Positions 35,159 through 45,374 of a stretch of DNA of 64,000 nucleotides are shown piece after piece. The notes below the pieces were generated by a model. That model saw only the letters and a list, made by a program, of their open reading frames with translations, ran no database searches and had not been told where the DNA came from. Location of the stretch: positions 1 to 64,000 of the IMG/VR virus record IMGVR_UViG_3300036820_000007; one strand, written 5' to 3'. Each line of letters opens with the position of its first letter. Positions within the stretch are counted from its first letter, which is position 1. The DNA is from a virus. A program made the position numbers and the translations under genes.

Positions 35159-38134
35159 GTGGCGCACACCACTGCCGATGCCCTGACGTACGTCTCGTTT
35201 CCTATCGAGAAATTCGAGGAGGACGACGAGGGCAACCTGATCGTCGTCGGCAAGGCGACGGACGGCAGCGTCGACAGCGACCGCCAGATCGTCGACCCGG
35301 GCTGGAGCGCGAAGGCTCTGGGGGACTGGCACGACACGGGTGGCAACGTGCGTGTGATGCACAATCCGGGCCTCTACCCGGCCGGCCGCAGCCTGAAGGT
35401 GGAGACCTCGGCGGACGGCCACACGGTGAAGGCCCTCGTCGTCGAGGACACGGCGAAGAAGCTGGTCAAGAACCGCGTCCTGCGCGCCTACTCGGTCGGC
35501 ATCGCCGAGCCCGTGATCGAGCGCGACATGACCGGCAAGGCGGTCGGTGGCCGCATCACAGGTGGCCGCATCGTCGAATTGTCCCTAGTTGACCGACCTG
35601 CCAACAAAAATTGCGGTTTGACCCTCGCCAAGGCAGAAGGCCATGACGCGGCCTGGTCATACGGCGACCTGGACGCCCTGCTCGAGAAGGCTGAGAAGGC
35701 CGAGGAGCAGCCCGGCGAGGCAGCCCACGACCCGGCCGATCCGAACGCGCCCAGCGACGGCGAGGAAGTCGACCAGTCGGACGTGGTCAAGGCCGACGGC
35801 GGCGGCGACTCGGGTGGCGAGGGCGGCGGCAGCGAAGGTGCACAGGGAGACTCCGCGTCAGCCGACCAGGCCGACGGCGACGGCGACGATGATGGCGGCG
35901 AGGCCGTGAAGATGGCCGGCGACGCTTACCGGGCCGCGCGCAAGGAGTGGCTTGGCCGCGAGCCGGGCACCAAGGGGATCACCGGCGGCACGGAGTACTT
36001 GGCCAAGCGCGCTGACTGGCACCGGTGGAACGCCGAAGGCGAAGCGGAAGGCCTGGACGGCACCCGCGAAGGCGCTGAGCGCTGGCTGGCGAAGCAGGCG
36101 GCAGAAGCTCCCGCCGCAGACGCAGACAAGCGCGACTTCTCGGCCTCCGAGCGCCGGTCCGCTGCCAGCAGCGGGGCCGCTATGAGCGACGGCAGCTTCC
36201 CGATCAAGACGAAGGAAGACCTCAAAAACGCGATCCATCTGGCCGGCCACGCCAAGGACCCGGGCAAGGCCCGCGCACACATCAAGGCCCGCGCGGCCGC
36301 GATCGGCGCCTCGGACATGATCCCGGACTCGTGGAAGATCGACACCGCTGAGATCCCGGCTGACGTCACGCTGGCCAAGCTCGAGAGCGACGGCGAGGTG
36401 AGCACGGAGATCGCCAAGGCCATGCTCGGTGACGAGCAGTACGGCGTGCTCACCAAGGCGGACTCCACCGCAGCGGCGCCAGGGAAGACGAAGTGCGGCA
36501 CCTGCAGCGGCAGCGGCTCGATCAAAGACGGCAACGTGACCTGCCCGGACTGCAAGGGCAAGGGCAAGATGAAGCCGAAGAAGGCAGCCAAGGCCGCGGC
36601 CCTCGCGGCCGTTGCTGAGATGGTGGCCAAGTCGGTCACCGCCGGGCTGATCTCCGAGAAGGCCGCCCAGGACATCCTGCACCAGGTGCAGCCCGAAGGC
36701 GGATTCCTGCACCAGTCCGGCAAGCGCCCCCTTCCCGCCGACGTGGCTGCGGTAGCGCACCACCGCGAGCCGGACGGCTCCAGCGGCGTCGAGCAGTTCG
36801 AGCACGACTCGGGCCTGCCCACCCAGGCCGACGCGGTCGCCGACAAGGTCCCGTCCTCGGTAGATGCCCTGCAGATGAAGTCTGACGCCCCTTACGCGGT
36901 GGCGCGGATGCACGACGCGTTCTGTGCCGCCTGGAGCGGTGACGCCGTGCTCGGCGAGTACCCGTCCCTGAAGAGCGCCGCCGATGCCGCGGACCCGGCG
37001 TGGTTCACCGCGCAGGCCCAGAAGGCAGTCGATGCTGGCTATGCCAGTGATGCGATAGAGCTGCTCACGCTGGCCAAGGAAGCCGCCGCGGTGAAGTCGG
37101 CGGATGCTGCAGTCATCGCTGACGGGCGCGCGGAACTGCACAAGGCGTTCTCCGACATGTACCCGTCGGAGCGGATCCGGCCGGGCGACCCTCGCAAGCC
37201 AGGCTCGTTCCAGCGGCCCTACCTGTCCGCCGGTCACGCCACTGAGCACGCAGGCGGCAGCACGAACGTCCCGCCGTCCACGGACACGCCCGCGCCGGAC
37301 CAGTTCCACCGCGGCTACCTCAGCGAAGGCCACGCGGACCCATCCCCGGCCGACAACGGGCCGAACAACCGGGCCGCGCCGACGACCGGGTCCGCCAGGA
37401 CCTACTACACGACCTCGGCCAAGGAGCAGGCGCGCGTCGCGATGCAGGCCATGCACGACCACATCGCGGCCAGCCACCCCGAACTCTGCCCGATGGCCCC
37501 GTCCAAGAGCGTCATGCCGCCGGACCTGGGCGCGCGCAACGTGCCGCAGCCGAAGGCCCCGATGGCCATGGGCGGCGTCGCCGGAGTGGGCAAGGCCGCG
37601 GATGCCTCGGCGAACGGCGCGCTGGAGACCCAGAACGAGCAGGCCTTCGGCCAGGCTAAGCCGCCGAAGAACCGCAAGAAGAAGAAGCTCTCCAAGGGCG
37701 AGTTCTTCAGCTACGCACAGCGGCACGGCCTCACCGTCGTGCCCGCCAGCGAAGGCCCGGTTCCGGTGCCGCAGCCAGCTCCCGACCCGGTGGCCGTCAA
37801 GGCCCTGGTCGCCGAGCAGCTGACCCCGCTCACCGAGCACTACGAGAAGCAGATTTCCGAGCTCCGCCTCCAGGTGGACAAGCTCGGGGCACAGCCCGAT
37901 CCGGCCATGGCCCCCGTGCGCGGCCCGATGGCACGGCCCGGTGCGACCGGCGCAGCTCCCGTGGAGAAGCGCAGCCTGGTCGATGAAGCACGCGAGCGCG
38001 CCGACCACATGGCGGCCGCAGAGCGGCGCGACTTCATGGCGTATGTGGAAATGCAGAGCCGCTCACCTGACCCGAAAGTCCGCGAGAAGGCAATGGCCAT
38101 CATCGAGAAGATGGACGCCACCGTTCCCGCCTGA
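35159..38134 (+). CDS. prohead protease / scaffold fusion with DnaJ-type Zn finger
   Basis: HK97-type protease (VRVMH, AYSVGI, ELSLVDRPAN); CGTCSGSG...CPDCKGKG; C-terminal coiled coil. Confidence 0.82.
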   Translation: MAHTTADALTYVSFPIEKFEEDDEGNLIVVGKATDGSVDSDRQIVDPGWSAKALGDWHDTGGNVRVMHNPGLYPAGRSLKVETSADGHTVKALVVEDTAKKLVKNRVLRAYSVGIAEPVIERDMTGKAVGGRITGGRIVELSLVDRPANKNCGLTLAKAEGHDAAWSYGDLDALLEKAEKAEEQPGEAAHDPADPNAPSDGEEVDQSDVVKADGGGDSGGEGGGSEGAQGDSASADQADGDGDDDGGEAVKMAGDAYRAARKEWLGREPGTKGITGGTEYLAKRADWHRWNAEGEAEGLDGTREGAERWLAKQAAEAPAADADKRDFSASERRSAASSGAAMSDGSFPIKTKEDLKNAIHLAGHAKDPGKARAHIKARAAAIGASDMIPDSWKIDTAEIPADVTLAKLESDGEVSTEIAKAMLGDEQYGVLTKADSTAAAPGKTKCGTCSGSGSIKDGNVTCPDCKGKGKMKPKKAAKAAALAAVAEMVAKSVTAGLISEKAAQDILHQVQPEGGFLHQSGKRPLPADVAAVAHHREPDGSSGVEQFEHDSGLPTQADAVADKVPSSVDALQMKSDAPYAVARMHDAFCAAWSGDAVLGEYPSLKSAADAADPAWFTAQAQKAVDAGYASDAIELLTLAKEAAAVKSADAAVIADGRAELHKAFSDMYPSERIRPGDPRKPGSFQRPYLSAGHATEHAGGSTNVPPSTDTPAPDQFHRGYLSEGHADPSPADNGPNNRAAPTTGSARTYYTTSAKEQARVAMQAMHDHIAASHPELCPMAPSKSVMPPDLGARNVPQPKAPMAMGGVAGVGKAADASANGALETQNEQAFGQAKPPKNRKKKKLSKGEFFSYAQRHGLTVVPASEGPVPVPQPAPDPVAVKALVAEQLTPLTEHYEKQISELRLQVDKLGAQPDPAMAPVRGPMARPGATGAAPVEKRSLVDEARERADHMAAAERRDFMAYVEMQSRSPDPKVREKAMAIIEKMDATVPA

Positions 38135-38195
38135 TTCCAAGCGCACGTATTCGAGGCCCCGCGCAGGGGCCTTTTGCATGCCAGGGAGCATGTTT

Positions 38196-40091
38196 ATGAA
38201 CGACGCAAGTAACGCGGCCGGCACTGCGGTGCTGCCGTACGGGTCTGCCGCCTCGGCAGCCCTTGAGCGCGCGGGCTCCGACGACCGCTGGTATGCGGAC
38301 GCCGACTCGAACGCGTACCGCTCTCCGGACCTGATGCTGAGCGACAAGATGCCGACGCTCGTCAAGGGCGCAGGCTATGCGCGGGTCGGCGGCAACATGC
38401 CGCTGTCCGACGACGAGCAGATCTTCCGCCGGTCGATGAAAGCCGAGCACGCTTTCCGCAAGGCAATTAAGCGGGGCATCGAGGAGCCAGCCGAGGTCGT
38501 CAAGGGCATGAGTCCTGACTTCGCCGGCCAGTTCGGCGCTTTCATGAACGCCTCGCCGCAGAATCAGGCTCTCCAGAACCTGGTTGGCCAGCTGAACAAC
38601 CAGCTGTCCGATGCTCTCGGCAAGTCGATCACGCTGACGTCGCCGCTCAACACGGGCTTCGTCCCGTTTGACCTGGTTGCGCCCAGTTCCCTTATCTATC
38701 CGGTATATAGCCCGATTCGCAACAAATTGCCCCGTGTGCCTGGGCAGGGCGTGAACCGGCAGCGCAAGGTGATCACCGGCGTCAGCGGTTCACAGACCGG
38801 CCCGTCGGGCGGCAAGTTCGTCCGCCTGGCGATCCCTGAGCTCGTGCAGTCCGGCGGTTCGGTCAGCGGCGCCAGCGGTTCAGTCAACTGGCCGCTGAAC
38901 CTGCCGGGGACCGGCGCACAGGACAGCGTCGACCTGACGATTCCTTACAGGTTCTGGGGACTTTCCGAAAACCTGTCCTGGCTTGCGCAGTTCGCCGGCC
39001 AAGGGTTCGAAGACATTTCCGCACTGGCGAATCTCTTGCTGCTCCAGGAGTTCATGCTCAACGAGGAAGCGGCCCACCTGGGCGCCACCTCGCTGGCCCT
39101 GTCGGCTCCCGGCGCGCCGACGCTGACCGCCCGTGCGGCCAACTCGGGCGAAGCGGCCATTACGGGTCCAACCAGCGGAAATAATGTATATGTGGAGGTA
39201 GTGGCCAATACCTTCTTCGGGGGTACGGCTGCCGGCTCTTCGCAGAGCACCGTCTGGACCACCGGCCAGGTCGTCGACGTACAGATCGCTCCCGTCGCGG
39301 GCGCTCTGTACTACTCGCTCTACATCACCTACGGTGCCTCCGCGGGCACCTACTACCTGCAGGCCACCAACATCGGCGGCCTGTACTTCACGCTCCAGGG
39401 CGCCCTGGTGTCCACGGGCACGGCCGCTCCGTCCTCGGACACCGGCTCGTACTCGGCGAATGACCAGGAAGGCCTGATCGCCGTCCTGTCCGGCCACTCG
39501 GCCACCGGCGGATCCAAGGTGTACCCGGCGAACTGGCAGGCTGGCTACTTCAACCAGTCAGTGGGAGACACGCTCCGTACTTCGGTGCTGAACAACGCGC
39601 TCCAGAACCTCTGGGACGGGACGGGCAACACCTACGGGGCTTACCGCGCGGACCCCGCGGAGATCATCGCCGAAGGTGGCGATGTCATGCGCCTGAGCAA
39701 CGACATCGTCCAGCAGGGCACCGCGACCAACTACCAGCTGTTCGTCCAGCAGTCCGAGGTTCCGGGCGTCAGGCTCGGTGCTGCGGTCTCCGAGTTCCAG
39801 AACCCGATCACACGCAGCGTCGTGAGGGTCGTGGTTCACCCCTGGCTGCCGCAGGGCAACGTCCTGCTGATGTCCTACACGATGCCGTTCGCATGGTCCA
39901 ACGTGTCGAACGTGGTCGAGTTTGTGGCGGTTCAGGACTATTTGTCCATTTCGTGGCCGGTGATAGATGCCTCGTTTAGGTACTCTATGTTCCTTTTCGG
40001 GGCACTTGTTGTAAACGCACCTTTCTACTGCGGACTCCTACAAGGTATCCAAAAGTCGGACAGGTCGGGCACAACGGGCACCTGGTCCTAG
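38196..40091 (+). CDS. major capsid protein
   Basis: Follows protease; 631 aa; VHPWLPQG; strong terminator downstream. Confidence 0.8.
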   Translation: MNDASNAAGTAVLPYGSAASAALERAGSDDRWYADADSNAYRSPDLMLSDKMPTLVKGAGYARVGGNMPLSDDEQIFRRSMKAEHAFRKAIKRGIEEPAEVVKGMSPDFAGQFGAFMNASPQNQALQNLVGQLNNQLSDALGKSITLTSPLNTGFVPFDLVAPSSLIYPVYSPIRNKLPRVPGQGVNRQRKVITGVSGSQTGPSGGKFVRLAIPELVQSGGSVSGASGSVNWPLNLPGTGAQDSVDLTIPYRFWGLSENLSWLAQFAGQGFEDISALANLLLLQEFMLNEEAAHLGATSLALSAPGAPTLTARAANSGEAAITGPTSGNNVYVEVVANTFFGGTAAGSSQSTVWTTGQVVDVQIAPVAGALYYSLYITYGASAGTYYLQATNIGGLYFTLQGALVSTGTAAPSSDTGSYSANDQEGLIAVLSGHSATGGSKVYPANWQAGYFNQSVGDTLRTSVLNNALQNLWDGTGNTYGAYRADPAEIIAEGGDVMRLSNDIVQQGTATNYQLFVQQSEVPGVRLGAAVSEFQNPITRSVVRVVVHPWLPQGNVLLMSYTMPFAWSNVSNVVEFVAVQDYLSISWPVIDASFRYSMFLFGALVVNAPFYCGLLQGIQKSDRSGTTGTWS

Positions 40092-40099
40092 TCAGTCAG

Positions 40100-40140
40100 A
40101 AAACCCCAGGGCCCGGGAAGCGTGTTCCCGGGCCCTGGGG
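40100..40140. terminator. bidirectional terminator
   Basis: 16-bp perfect stem 40104-40119 / 40125-40140 between convergent genes. Confidence 0.8.
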
Positions 40141-40164
40141 CCTGACTCTGGCCGGCTAGGACTA

Positions 40165-40401
40165 TCAGCCGGATTCGGGCTTGCGGTAGAAGCCGTAGTC
40201 GTCAGCTACCGGGCCATCCAGGACGTAGCCCTGGTCATGCAAGCTCTGCAGGAAGTCCGCGAAGTCGCGGGCCTTCTGCGCCGCCTCAGCGAGCGTCGCG
40301 GCCCCGTCGATGGTCCACTTCGCCCGGACGGTCTCAGTGCCGTCCCCGGCCTCGTCCGCGTCATCCTCAAGATCCGCAACCTCTGGCCTGATACCGCTCA
40401 C
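40165..40401 (-). CDS. small acidic hypothetical protein (moron)
   Basis: GTG after GAGAGGAG, the left-arm type RBS. Confidence 0.7.
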   Translation of the reverse strand: MSGIRPEVADLEDDADEAGDGTETVRAKWTIDGAATLAEAAQKARDFADFLQSLHDQGYVLDGPVADDYGFYRKPESG

Positions 40402-40505
40402 TGCCGATCTCCTCTCGGTTGGGTCGTGCTTCCCAAGCCTGCCAGAAGCCACTGACAACGCGCCGGGGCGACACCGCGCGGCCTTGAAATAAAGGAGCAC
40501 CGAAC

Positions 40506-40847
40506 ATGACGTTCCCGACGCCGCCGGGTGACCAGATCCTGGCATCGCCGACGATCTTCGCCTACCCGCCGCAGATGCCCGGCGTGAACACTTCGACGTT
40601 CCCTGCGGTCACTGCGCCGACTTTCCCGGCCACGACTGTCGCCGTGTCCAACACGACAGGCGTGGACGTGGTGGCCTATGTCACCAACGGCGCTGGCGCG
40701 ATGACCGCCATCAAGGTCAGCGGTACGAACACGGGGCTGGGAGCCGCTGCCTCCACCGGTTTCGCCACGGTGTACATCCCGGCCGGCGCGACGTTCTCCT
40801 GCACCTACGGGTCAGGGACGCCGACCTGGGTGTGGGTCGCGGTCTGA
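40506..40847 (+). CDS. putative virion/decoration protein
   Basis: AAGGAG RBS; Thr/Gly-rich. Confidence 0.6.
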   Translation: MTFPTPPGDQILASPTIFAYPPQMPGVNTSTFPAVTAPTFPATTVAVSNTTGVDVVAYVTNGAGAMTAIKVSGTNTGLGAAASTGFATVYIPAGATFSCTYGSGTPTWVWVAV

Positions 40848-40850
40848 CCC

Positions 40851-41141
40851 GTGGCCGGGTCCCAGCAGTTCAGCGTCACCTCCGCCACGGCTGTTCCGGT
40901 TGCGTCAGCGCCGGGCAGCGGCGTGCCGCAGGCAACCATCCCCGGTCCCGTTGGCTGGTTTTACCTGGCCAACAGCAGTTCCGGTGCCATCTACATCGGC
41001 GGGGCGAACGTGAGCAGCAGCAACGGCGCCCTGGTCGCGGCCAGCGGCACGTTCAGCGGATTCCTGTTCTCCGGCGACACCATCTACGCGATCGCCTCGT
41101 CGACGACCAGCACAGTGTCTGTGCTCCAGACGGGAGCGTGA
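40851..41141 (+). CDS. putative virion protein
   Basis: Ser/Gly-rich ORF in the structural operon. Confidence 0.6.
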   Translation: MAGSQQFSVTSATAVPVASAPGSGVPQATIPGPVGWFYLANSSSGAIYIGGANVSSSNGALVAASGTFSGFLFSGDTIYAIASSTTSTVSVLQTGA

Positions 41142-41144
41142 CCG

Positions 41145-41420
41145 ATGACCCAAGTGCGCCTTCCCGACGGCTGCGGCGGCCTGAAGCTCGAGGACGGCAC
41201 GAAGTACAAGGCCCCGAAGCGCGGCGGCGTCGTCGATGTCGAGCCTGCACACGCCCGTGCGATCACGAAGCAGTACGGGTCGCTGGGGATCATGACCGGC
41301 GGCATGACCTTCCGCATCGGCACCAAGCGCGGCCGCGTTTGCGCGCCGTGCGGCCGGACGTGGAACGCCTGGAACGACTTTTGCCCGCGCTGTAGTGCGG
41401 AAACCGAAGAGGAGCAGTAG
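41145..41420 (+). CDS. Zn-ribbon hypothetical protein
   Basis: CAPC...CPRC. Confidence 0.6.
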   Translation: MTQVRLPDGCGGLKLEDGTKYKAPKRGGVVDVEPAHARAITKQYGSLGIMTGGMTFRIGTKRGRVCAPCGRTWNAWNDFCPRCSAETEEEQ

Positions 41421-41921
41421 ATGACCGGAGCCATCGCGTATGCGATGAGTGATTACGCCCCGTCGCATGACGGCCAGGTAGGCCCGGGCTCGGTGTCCCT
41501 GCCGGCGCATGCTGGCGGGTGCGGCAAGATGCACACCGCGCAGCTGGACGAGGACGGCCACCCCTACGTCGAGTGCGAGCAGTGCGCGCCAGTGTTCATC
41601 GCCAAGCACGCCTCGTTCGCTGGTACCCCAGGTGGTGTGCCGCTGACGCCGGACGAGCTGGGGGAGCGCGAGCTCGCCGAGCGGGACGCCAAGGCCACCG
41701 AGCGCGTGATCCTGCGGTCGGTCACCGATCACCTGGTCGGGGAGATCACCGCGGGCAAGCAGGCAAAGAAGGCGCCGACGCTGATGGAGCAGATCGGCGC
41801 GCTGTCCGCGGCCGACCGGGCCGAGCTGGCGAAGATGCTGGCCGGGGAGCCCGCGGAAGAGTCCGAAGAGCCGAAGGCCGAGGCAAAGCGCGGTCCCGGC
41901 CGGCCCCGTACCGCCCGCTGA
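41421..41921 (+). CDS. hypothetical protein
   Basis: Coupled ORF; C-terminal KRGPGRPR. Confidence 0.6.
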   Translation: MTGAIAYAMSDYAPSHDGQVGPGSVSLPAHAGGCGKMHTAQLDEDGHPYVECEQCAPVFIAKHASFAGTPGGVPLTPDELGERELAERDAKATERVILRSVTDHLVGEITAGKQAKKAPTLMEQIGALSAADRAELAKMLAGEPAEESEEPKAEAKRGPGRPRTAR

Positions 41922-41952
41922 CCGCATCGCAGTACCGGCGCGGGGGTGAGCG

Positions 41953-42903
41953 GTGCCTGAGCTTAACCCTGCCGGTATTCCGGCGAAGTCCGGTACGCCC
42001 TATGTGACCCCAGAAGTGCTGAAGTCGGCCCCTACGGGGATTTTGTGGGACTCCCTGGCGACGCTGGAGCGGCCGGACCCGCAGAAGCTGTTCGCCGAGA
42101 TGCTGAACCTGTGCGCGCGGGCGACAGCGCAGGTCGACGGCTACTGCAACCAGCCACTGCGGGCGACGATCGACACCGAGACCCTTTACGGGCCCGGCGA
42201 TTTCCGCTTCCAGATGCGCCCCAACGGCGTGGCCCGGCTGCTGCTGTCCCGCAGCCCGGTCACCTCGGTCATCTCCGGCCAGGTGTCCCCGGCCTACGCC
42301 TTCCCCGAGCAGTGGGTGTCCATCCCCGGCACCGGGTTCAAGGTGGAACGCCCGCTGATCGGGGTGTACGGCACCACCTCGCCGGGCGGTTCCGGCGACG
42401 GCGGCCAGTCGGTGCTGCTCGGACCCGGGTACGTCTCCTGGTGGGGCGGCCAGTCCGAGGTCCAGGTGACCTACATCAACGGCTGGCCACATGCATCCCT
42501 GCAAGCCGCTGTGGCAGCCGGTGCTACGACGGTCAGTGTGGACGACTGCACTGGCTGGGGACCTCCCACCGGGATGACGTCAGGTGCCGCGGCCACGCTG
42601 TATGACCTGGGACGCCAGGAATCGTTTACGGTGACCGCCGCGAGTGCCGCGTCCGGTCCCGGGACCCTGACCCTGGCCTCGCCGCTGGCGTACCCGCATG
42701 AGGTGGGCGTGATTGCCACCACGCTGCCAGGCACGGTAATGCAGGCGTCCATTCTGTTCGCCACCGCGCTGGCTCTTGTCGGCGGAGCGACGGCGGTCAC
42801 GCAGGAAGCGATTCCCGGCGTGGAGGCGACCGGCGGCAAGGCAGCCGAGAACTACGCCGCGGAAGCCGAGCTGCTGATCCACCCGTATAAGAGAGTTATA
42901 TAG
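41953..42903 (+). CDS. head-to-tail adaptor
   Basis: RATAQVDGYCNQPL, VTYINGW, LLIHPYKR; synteny. Confidence 0.7.
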   Translation: MPELNPAGIPAKSGTPYVTPEVLKSAPTGILWDSLATLERPDPQKLFAEMLNLCARATAQVDGYCNQPLRATIDTETLYGPGDFRFQMRPNGVARLLLSRSPVTSVISGQVSPAYAFPEQWVSIPGTGFKVERPLIGVYGTTSPGGSGDGGQSVLLGPGYVSWWGGQSEVQVTYINGWPHASLQAAVAAGATTVSVDDCTGWGPPTGMTSGAAATLYDLGRQESFTVTAASAASGPGTLTLASPLAYPHEVGVIATTLPGTVMQASILFATALALVGGATAVTQEAIPGVEATGGKAAENYAAEAELLIHPYKRVI

Positions 42904-42916
42904 CCGGGGGTGCCCG

Positions 42917-43837
42917 GTGAAGAAGCGGGGCATCGTCAATCCCGGTGGCACTGTAAAGGTTGCCACCAGCCACCACGTCGCTCACAAGAAGCCACGCAAG
43001 AAGATGATGCCGGCGAAGCAGTACGCCGAGTACATCAAGTACCTGAACAAGCACCACTGGACCAAGCATCAGCGCGCCGAGTTCGACAAGAAGAAGCGCG
43101 AGCGCCAGAAGAAAAAGCGCGCCGAGGAGCGGAAGCGGCGCGCGGTCCAGCTGGCCGGAGGCGATCTGGTGGCGAAAAGGCGCGGCATCAGCACGGTCCG
43201 GATCGGGCCGCCGACCCCTCCGTATACCATGTCGCCCACGCAGTACGGCGGGTACCTGAAGCACCTGAATTCGGTCCAGTACACCCACGCGCAGCGCGCT
43301 GCCTACAACAGGAAAAAGGACGCAGGCCAGCGCCCGCAGCCGACAAGGCGCACCGTGGCCCTGGCCGCACCGCCCCTCCCCGGCGACTGGATTCTCGGCG
43401 GCAACGACCGCTACTCCGACTGCGCTGCCGCAGCGGTGGCCAACAGCCTGCTTGCCTGCACAGGCTTGCGGGCCAGCGACGCGGACATCCTGCGGCTGCA
43501 CCTGGCCGCCGCCGGTGACCCGGATGCGGGCGCCAGCATCGCCGGGATCCTGCGCGCTATCGCGGACCTGGGGCTGGCCGATGCCGGGCCCGCGTCATGC
43601 GAGCTGCTGGACGAAGACGAGCCGCTGGCCGACGCCGGGCTGATTCTGGACCTGGACCTCTCCGAGGCGCAAATGCTCGAGGGTGCCTGGGACTGGGAGC
43701 CAGACCCGGACTGGGGAATGCACGCCGCCGTCCTCGCCGACGGCTGCGTCATCACCTGGGGTGGCGTGATCCCGGTTACCGCCGAGTTCCTGGAGTACCA
43801 GGTGGCCGCAGCGTGGCGGGTGACCTGGGAGGCCTGA
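42917..43837 (+). CDS. basic N-terminal domain plus papain-like cysteine peptidase
   Basis: GNDRYSDCAAAA, GMHAAV, ITWG. Confidence 0.55.
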   Translation: MKKRGIVNPGGTVKVATSHHVAHKKPRKKMMPAKQYAEYIKYLNKHHWTKHQRAEFDKKKRERQKKKRAEERKRRAVQLAGGDLVAKRRGISTVRIGPPTPPYTMSPTQYGGYLKHLNSVQYTHAQRAAYNRKKDAGQRPQPTRRTVALAAPPLPGDWILGGNDRYSDCAAAAVANSLLACTGLRASDADILRLHLAAAGDPDAGASIAGILRAIADLGLADAGPASCELLDEDEPLADAGLILDLDLSEAQMLEGAWDWEPDPDWGMHAAVLADGCVITWGGVIPVTAEFLEYQVAAAWRVTWEA

Positions 43838-44184
43838 TGCTCCCTCTCGCCAACACCAAGGTCAGCATCCTGCGCGGCACCGGCAACGATGCCTACGGCG
43901 ACGAGATCGACACGATGACGCCGTTCGAGACGGACGTGCCCGCCTTGCTGACCGAAGAGGCGCAGACGGTTTTCGATCCCGCGACGCAGGAACCGCGGAC
44001 CGTGCGCACGGCCATGTGCTATGTGCCCCCCTGGCTGGATGTTTTGAACACCGACCAGGTGTATGACCAGCTGACCGGTGACACCTTCATGGTCATCGAT
44101 ATTGTCGCCCAGCCGTGGCTTGCGCCCGGCGGGTCACGGCTCACCACGCTCAAACTCCGCCGCGTATCTGCGGCCGCCCCGTAG
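43837..44184 (+). CDS. head-to-tail stopper/closure protein
   Basis: DAYGDE motif; synteny. Confidence 0.65.
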   Translation: MLPLANTKVSILRGTGNDAYGDEIDTMTPFETDVPALLTEEAQTVFDPATQEPRTVRTAMCYVPPWLDVLNTDQVYDQLTGDTFMVIDIVAQPWLAPGGSRLTTLKLRRVSAAAP

Positions 44185-44564
44185 CCGCAGAGGCCGGGTT
44201 CTCTTCCGCACCCACAGCGATTCCGCCCGCGCAGCCGTAGAGGCCGCGGGCTTTCTTCGCATGCCCGGGGTCAGGCTTTCGTCAGTCGATCGCGTCACAG
44301 CAATTCATCCACGAACAGGCTTCGCCACCGTCGAGCACGAGGCCGTCGCCGCCGGGCCGGACCTCGACGACGATACGGGCTTCGCCGTGGGCGAGGACCC
44401 GGTCGCCGGCCTTCGGGCGCTTGCGCCACTTCCGCGCGTCGTAGTACCAAGTGCGCGGGTACCGGATGACCCACACCAGGCGCCAGAAGCGGCGCTCCCA
44501 AGCCAGTGGGACGATCTTGTTCCTGTCCATCTCCGCCCTGAGCTTAGCCGCGTGGAGGTGCCCG

Positions 44565-44969
44565 GTGGCAGACGTCGTCATGGACCCGGACTTCCTCGCC
44601 AAGGTGGAGGCGGCCGGGCTGACGTTCATGGACGAGCGGCTGGGCCCGTCGATCGCCACCGATGCCCGTACCTACGCCCCGATCGGGGTCAGCACGCCGC
44701 CAACGCGCCGCGTTCCCCCGCACGAAGCCGGCGAGCTGAAGGCGAGCATCGAGCACCACATGAGCGGCACCGAACTGATCGTTGAGGCGCATGCCCCTTA
44801 TGCCGCTTATGTCGAGCTTGGAACCTTCCCGCACGGAATCAGCGCCCAGGGTGACTGGAACCTGCACAACGCGGTGACCAACCAGTACTTCGGGCGGCAT
44901 GTGCACCACCCCGGTAACACCCCACGCCCGTACCTCCGGCCGGCGCTTTACCGGTACCGGACCGAATAG
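44565..44969 (+). CDS. HK97 gp10-like neck protein
   Basis: GELKASI, YAAYVELGT, PRPYLRPAL. Confidence 0.75.
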   Translation: MADVVMDPDFLAKVEAAGLTFMDERLGPSIATDARTYAPIGVSTPPTRRVPPHEAGELKASIEHHMSGTELIVEAHAPYAAYVELGTFPHGISAQGDWNLHNAVTNQYFGRHVHHPGNTPRPYLRPALYRYRTE

Positions 44970-44981
44970 AGGGATGCGCTC

Positions 44982-45344
44982 GTGATCAAGACTGCTGTAG
45001 CCGCTGACGACGGTGACGAAGAGGCTCGCCGCAAGGAGGTCCTCGGCCAGATCCGGGACCTGTTCGGTCAGCTTGGCGAAGCATCCCCGGAAGACGAGCT
45101 CCGCGGCGAAGTCGCCGCTCTTCGTGCCGAGATCAGGGCGCTGCGTGAGTCGCCAGGCGTCCACACTCATCACAACTGCTGCGGCTACCACTGCTGCGGT
45201 TATGTGCACTACTACCCGTATAGCTACGCGCTGGGCACCACCACGTACAACCTGACCGGCGTGCCCACCGGGACTGGCAACTACTCGGTCAGCAACGCCG
45301 CCGCCGGCGGCTCGACAACCATGACCTACCAGATCGACGTCTGA
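44982..45344 (+). CDS. hypothetical His/Cys-rich protein
   Basis: HTHHNCCGYHCCGY. Confidence 0.5.
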   Translation: MIKTAVAADDGDEEARRKEVLGQIRDLFGQLGEASPEDELRGEVAALRAEIRALRESPGVHTHHNCCGYHCCGYVHYYPYSYALGTTTYNLTGVPTGTGNYSVSNAAAGGSTTMTYQIDV

Positions 45345-45374
45345 GCTGGGCGACGCTCGCGGGGAGGGGTCCTC

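Noticed and set aside
35858-38008. 716-aa minus-strand ORF
   Set aside because: Antisense shadow of the GC-rich protease gene with no motifs, unlike the intein antisense ORF
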